This document shows, in pieces, positions 57,246 to 64,000 of a stretch of DNA of 64,000 nucleotides. How positions within the stretch are numbered: position 1 is the first letter of the stretch; each line of letters opens with the position of its first letter. A model generated the notes under the pieces. It searched no databases. It worked only from the letters and a program-made list of their open reading frames with translations, and was not told the DNA's origin. Origin of the DNA: the human T2T-CHM13v2.0 reference genome, Homo sapiens; NCBI RefSeq assembly GCF_009914755.1, contig NC_060929.1, one strand, 5' to 3'. Both the position numbers and the translations under genes were made by a program.

Positions 57246-57939
57246 ATTTATATTATAGTGTTTAATTTTTTAAATGGGCGCTCTTTCCATGACACTTGAA
57301 AGCCTGAACCTGAAAGAAATGACTCTGATGCCACATATGACTTATACCATTCACTCAGGGGCAGTGTTTATAAGACACACAGTAAGAGTCCCAGGGAACC
57401 TGTCAATATATTTGGGGAAAATATCCCAGTCAAGCTACATGGCTGGTTTGAAACCTTGGTCCCCCTCCATACCCAGCTGTGAATAACATTTATCCTTGGA
57501 CTGAAATAATTCTTAAAAATTCTCTGCATCCGGCCAGCCAGCTGACATTATTAATGGTTAGGGACTCGGGGATCGCCAGAATTCAAACTACTGGCACATT
57601 GCTGTTTAATAGCAATCGCGGTTCACTCTTTATCACTAAAAGCAGTATATGGTAATTAGAAATAGCACCCCAGAACAGGTGTATATGGAATCCCAAATAC
57701 GAATATTAACACATAACCCAAAATTAACGAGCATCTGAAGAAATTGATGAATTAAAAGATAAACAGTCAAACTGAAAAATGAAAGAATGTCCAAAGCCTC
57801 AAAGTTAACAGAGCCAGTGCAAATTTTTTGAAAAATATATTTTATATTCTCAAACATTCAGAGTGGATATTATATCCTTGGGGATATGGGAGTGACTATT
57901 TTGAAAGGAAGACAATACGCATATTTTAAAAATTGTATT

Positions 57940-58740
<801 letters not shown>

Positions 58741-59249
58741 AGAGAGACCAGTGATATGATTAAATATAAAAGTCATTCAGTAGTAAAATACAGTAATCTG
58801 GAAAACATTTCAAGGAATTAAAATGGTGGGGAGAGAAATTCTGGAATTTTATTAGAAGTCTGAAAAGCTTAAATGTAAATCTGAAAATCATTGAGAATTC
58901 TCCTGTTTAATCTTTGTGGCTACATACAAATGTAGAAAAAATATAATCACATGAATGTGAATGATGACCAGCTGCTTCAGGAGAGTAATAATCTCTAAAT
59001 AGAGATGGGAATAATATCAAGAATGGAAGGGACTAGTATGTATACTGAATTTTTTCTCCTATAATCTCAAAGAAAAAAATGTTGTGATTAAAATGCAGCT
59101 GGATGGTGGCTACCTAATTGATTGCTATAATATTCATTGTGATTTCTGGATGTCTGTAATATTTCATAATGACATAATAACTAAAAAAAGGACCAACTGA
59201 ACTTTTCTTTAGAAAACAAAGTCAAAATTCTAAATTATAATATATATAA

Positions 59250-60335
59250 AAATACTTTCCAAATGGGCTAAAAAGTTTAATATAAGGCCAAAATATGAAA
59301 GCATTAATAAGAAGTTTTGAATACCTCCTGTGATCTTCTGGTAAGAGCAAGCCTGCCTAAGCAAAAGAATGCACCTGAAATCCTAAAGAAAAAGACTGAT
59401 AAATTTATATAAAAATGAAATGCTTTGTAGAAATGAAACATGTCAACAAAGATAAAATTTAAACAGATTCGGATAAAATATCTATTTCCCCTCAATAAAA
59501 TAGATAAGCATTAATATCAATAATATAAGAAAGCTACTAAGATCAATAAGAAACTGACAGTTATATAAAAGAAGACAAAATATATGAATAGTCTGTGCAA
59601 AAGATAACATATTTTAATAACTGACAAAATAATGAAAACAAAAGTAGGTTTAATTTGCTTATTACATTCAAAGGAATAACAAAAAATGATTGAAATCAAT
59701 TTTTGTTAAAGTTGTGGTAAACCACAATATCTCATTTATCAATAAAAGTGTAAACTTATACAGCATTTACAGTAACTATCAAAATTTAGAATTTGCTTGT
59801 CCAATCATCCACTGACTATTGTACTGCTAGGTACATAGCCCAAAGAATTAGATACACATATGCACAAAAAATATATGTGCTTGCATGTTTAATGTAGCAG
59901 CATTTTGAATAGCATGAAATACTTGAATATCACCCAGGTTTCATTCAATATGGAATATAAAACAGTGGTGCCTTTATGAGTTACAATACAGCAAATAAAA
60001 AGAATGAAATTACCACTGTATGGACACATCTGGACTTTCATGTCACATTAACAAATGATGAAATGTTTCAAAATGGTACACACATTATCATTTCTGGCTA
60101 AATCATAAAAAACTAAACCATATATTTATATATGCTACATATATAGGGATATAAATTCTTAAACAGAGATCTTGAACAGCTAGTTATTTTCAATGATTCG
60201 TCTTGATAAGGGAATTGTGTCTGGGGTTGAGGAAAGTTGTATGGTGTGTGTTTTTCACTTAACGTACTTTTCAGTATTGTTTGGATGTTTATCATGAAAA
60301 CGCATTCACATATTTTGTTATGTTTATTATTTATT
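59250..60335 (+). mobile_element. Ancient L1 (L1ME-like) ORF2 3' region and 3'UTR
   Basis: 'aaatgggctaaaaagtttaatataagg', 'aaagaaaaagactgataaattt', 'gcatgtttaatgtagcagcatt', 'aatacagcaaataaaaagaatgaa'. Confidence 0.6.
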
Positions 60336-60419
60336 AGATCAAATGTTCTAGCACCAGCTGGAGACTCTCTAGTTTTCCTTTGAGGCACTTATCTAAACTA
60401 TAACACTTGAAATTATTTG

Positions 60420-60745
60420 AGCAAATCTCTGTTTAATATCTGCAGTCCCCTTGGCCCTTCCCTCCTGGCAGCTTGAAAAGCTCCAGGCAACATCTCTGTG
60501 CTGAAGGCGAGAAGAAAGTAGGAAGGGACAGTGCTGGGTGTATCTGTCTCTTATTATCAAGGAAGCAGAAATTCCCAGAATCCCAAGAAACTTCTACTTA
60601 GATCTCATGGTATATAACTGTGTTGCGTAAGCAAACCCAGCTGTAAAGAAGACTGTAAAAGTGAGTACTTAGTTTTCCAGACTTTATGCTTCTAAAGATC
60701 AGAAGAAAAAGTTTGCCAAGGGCTGTTGGGTCAGCATCTATCACA
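60420..60745 (-). mobile_element. MLT1J-like MaLR LTR
   Basis: 'ctccaggcaacatctctgtg', 'tcccagaatcccaagaaacttctacttagatctcatgg', 'cccagctgtaaagaagactgtaaaagtgagta'. End 'tgttgggtcagcatctatcaca'. Confidence 0.7.
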
Positions 60746-62135
60746 TCAGGTTTTACAATTTTTTACCTGATAATGTAAATTTTACATAAATTCTGTCGAT
60801 TGCATTTAACTGATAGCAGAAGGTATCTGCCCTCCAGACATGCCAGATAATATAATTTCCAACTCACTGTCTCTAAGTAAGTATTCATAATTAGACATAA
60901 CTGTGGCTAAGAGAACCAATGTTTAGGAAGGCTTTACTGAAGAATGTGGCCTGCCCATTCCAAATTCTTTAAGTTCTTTTCTGTAAATAAGCCATCCAGC
61001 TTAGCACCATGTACTCTCCTACCTCCCTTTTTTTGTGTGTGCTAAAGTATCTTTGAATTGCTTTTCGCAAATTGGTCTTGGCAGTGACACCATCATTCAT
61101 TCATGAAGAATATAATAAGAAACCACCCTGTGAAACTAATTACTACGTTTCCTTATAAATTATCTCTGTAGTGTTGCATAATGCACAACTTCATCAATTA
61201 AACAATTACTATGTTTTGAAATCTTTTTTCTAAATTTAAGAATAAACACTAAAATATTTACTGCCATGATTTTTATAGTCATGATTTTTAATGCCTGCTT
61301 TAGTGTTGTACTGATGTGTTGGAATTTATTTAACTTATTATCTTCTAATCATACAGCTGTTTCTGATGTTGTGTCTATTATAAACAAAGTTTCAGTGAAC
61401 ATCTTTGTCACTACATCTTTTTGACCCTCAATGACTATTCCCAGAAATGGATCAATGAATAAGGATGGGTGTAAGTCTTTTAATTTGCAGTAGAGTGGTA
61501 TTTTAAGGAAAGTCAATGACACAAGCTGCTGAGGGGGAGGCTGGGGAATATTTTATTTGAAAGAACTGTAATGATCAAGGAAATAGCAGTAAGCCTAATA
61601 TGCAATTTGGCACAGCAAACATTGATCTGGTGGGAATGAGCGTAATACTGAGGAGTTGAGGTTAGAAATGCATTTATAAAATAAACTGAGAAACAAAAAG
61701 AAGGTCTTAGAGAGATGATAAGACAAAATCTTCCACCATAGTTTGAGTGAGTTGAACTGGATTTGCAGATGGTATAACACCTCTCATGCCATTTGTAGAA
61801 GGATGATAATGTGAAAATAGGTTTGGAGGAGACGTAACCTGTGGTGCATGCAATGAAATTAAGTGGGAAGTGATTGAGTGCAAAAAGCTGTGCTAGAGGG
61901 CAACTGGAATAATAGAGGCATGAAATAATTATCACTGGGATCATATTACATTGCATATTAATACTCTATTTGTGTTTTCCTTTTTAATTTTTATTCAGTA
62001 AGAAATATGAAGAAAGTTTATATGAATGCAAACAGTGCTTATGCATTTGGATTTGTATTCTTAGTGTGGTCTTATTTTCTTTGACCCCATCCTTCATAAT
62101 TCCTAGTGTATGAGTGTGTTTTTTTTCTATAAATA

Positions 62136-62490
62136 CAGTCATGCATTGCTTAATGACAGGGATACATTCTGAGAAATGCATTATTAGGCAATTTTGTCAT
62201 TGCGGGCACATCAGGTGAGTGTACTTCCATATAGCTAGGTGGTATAGCCTACTACATACCTAGGCTGTGTGGTATAGATATAGCTTATTTTTCTTAGGCT
62301 ACCAACCTGTACAACATGTTGCTGTACTGAATACTGTAGGCAATTGTAACACGATGGTAAGTATTTGTGTATCTAAACATATCTAAACGTAGAAAAGATT
62401 CAGTAAAAATATGGTATTGTAATCTTATGGGACCACCATCCTATATGCAGTTTGTTGTTGATAAAAACATTGTTATGGGATGCATAGCTG
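62136..62490. mobile_element. Tigger3a (MER7A-like) DNA transposon
   Basis: TIRs 'ta|cagtcatgcattgcttaa' and 'ttatgggatgcatagctg|ta' with TA TSD. It shares sequence with the 22.9-kb Tigger3 in the opposite orientation. Confidence 0.9.
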
Positions 62491-62659
62491 TACAAGGACT
62501 CCTATCTATTCCTACATGTACATACAACTATGTATACATACTCAAGTATACACTTCTATGAAGTGTAGTCGTATATATATATGTGTTTATATTTTCACTA
62601 TCAATTCAGGAGTATGCCTTTTTACACATTCCTACTATGGAGTGTTATAGCTCCTGATA

Positions 62660-64000
<1,341 letters not shown>

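Noticed and set aside
61513-61956. 147-aa minus-strand ORF
   Set aside because: No recognisable domain, composition typical of non-coding DNA, flanked by old repeat debris.

Overview
AT-rich primate genomic DNA, almost certainly human, since it carries a near-consensus AluYa5 at 21616-21912. I found no protein-coding exon, RNA gene, CpG island or CRISPR array. The ORF-track hits I could assign come from Alu, MaLR/LTR, L1, DNA-transposon or microsatellite sequence, and the rest look like chance short ORFs. The window is an intronic or intergenic stack of transposon fossils: 16 Alu/FLAM copies, a two-LTR THE1 element, about nine other LTR remnants, L1PB/L1MB/L1ME/HAL1-like pieces, L2, MIR, and Tigger/MER44/MER1/MER104/MER5 DNA transposons, several of them nested. 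Repeat names come from my recall of consensus sequences, not from a search. The main oddities are a perfect 68-bp palindrome inside a ~590-bp TA-rich expansion within an L1PB, a MER44 with its left arm inverted, a Tigger3 end apparently rewritten into a hairpin, a THE1 with discordant LTRs, a 53-nt pre-miRNA-like hairpin, a TTAGGG/CCCTAA nested palindrome cluster, and weak signs of a plus-strand spliced non-coding transcript. I cannot support a new biological system from this sequence alone.
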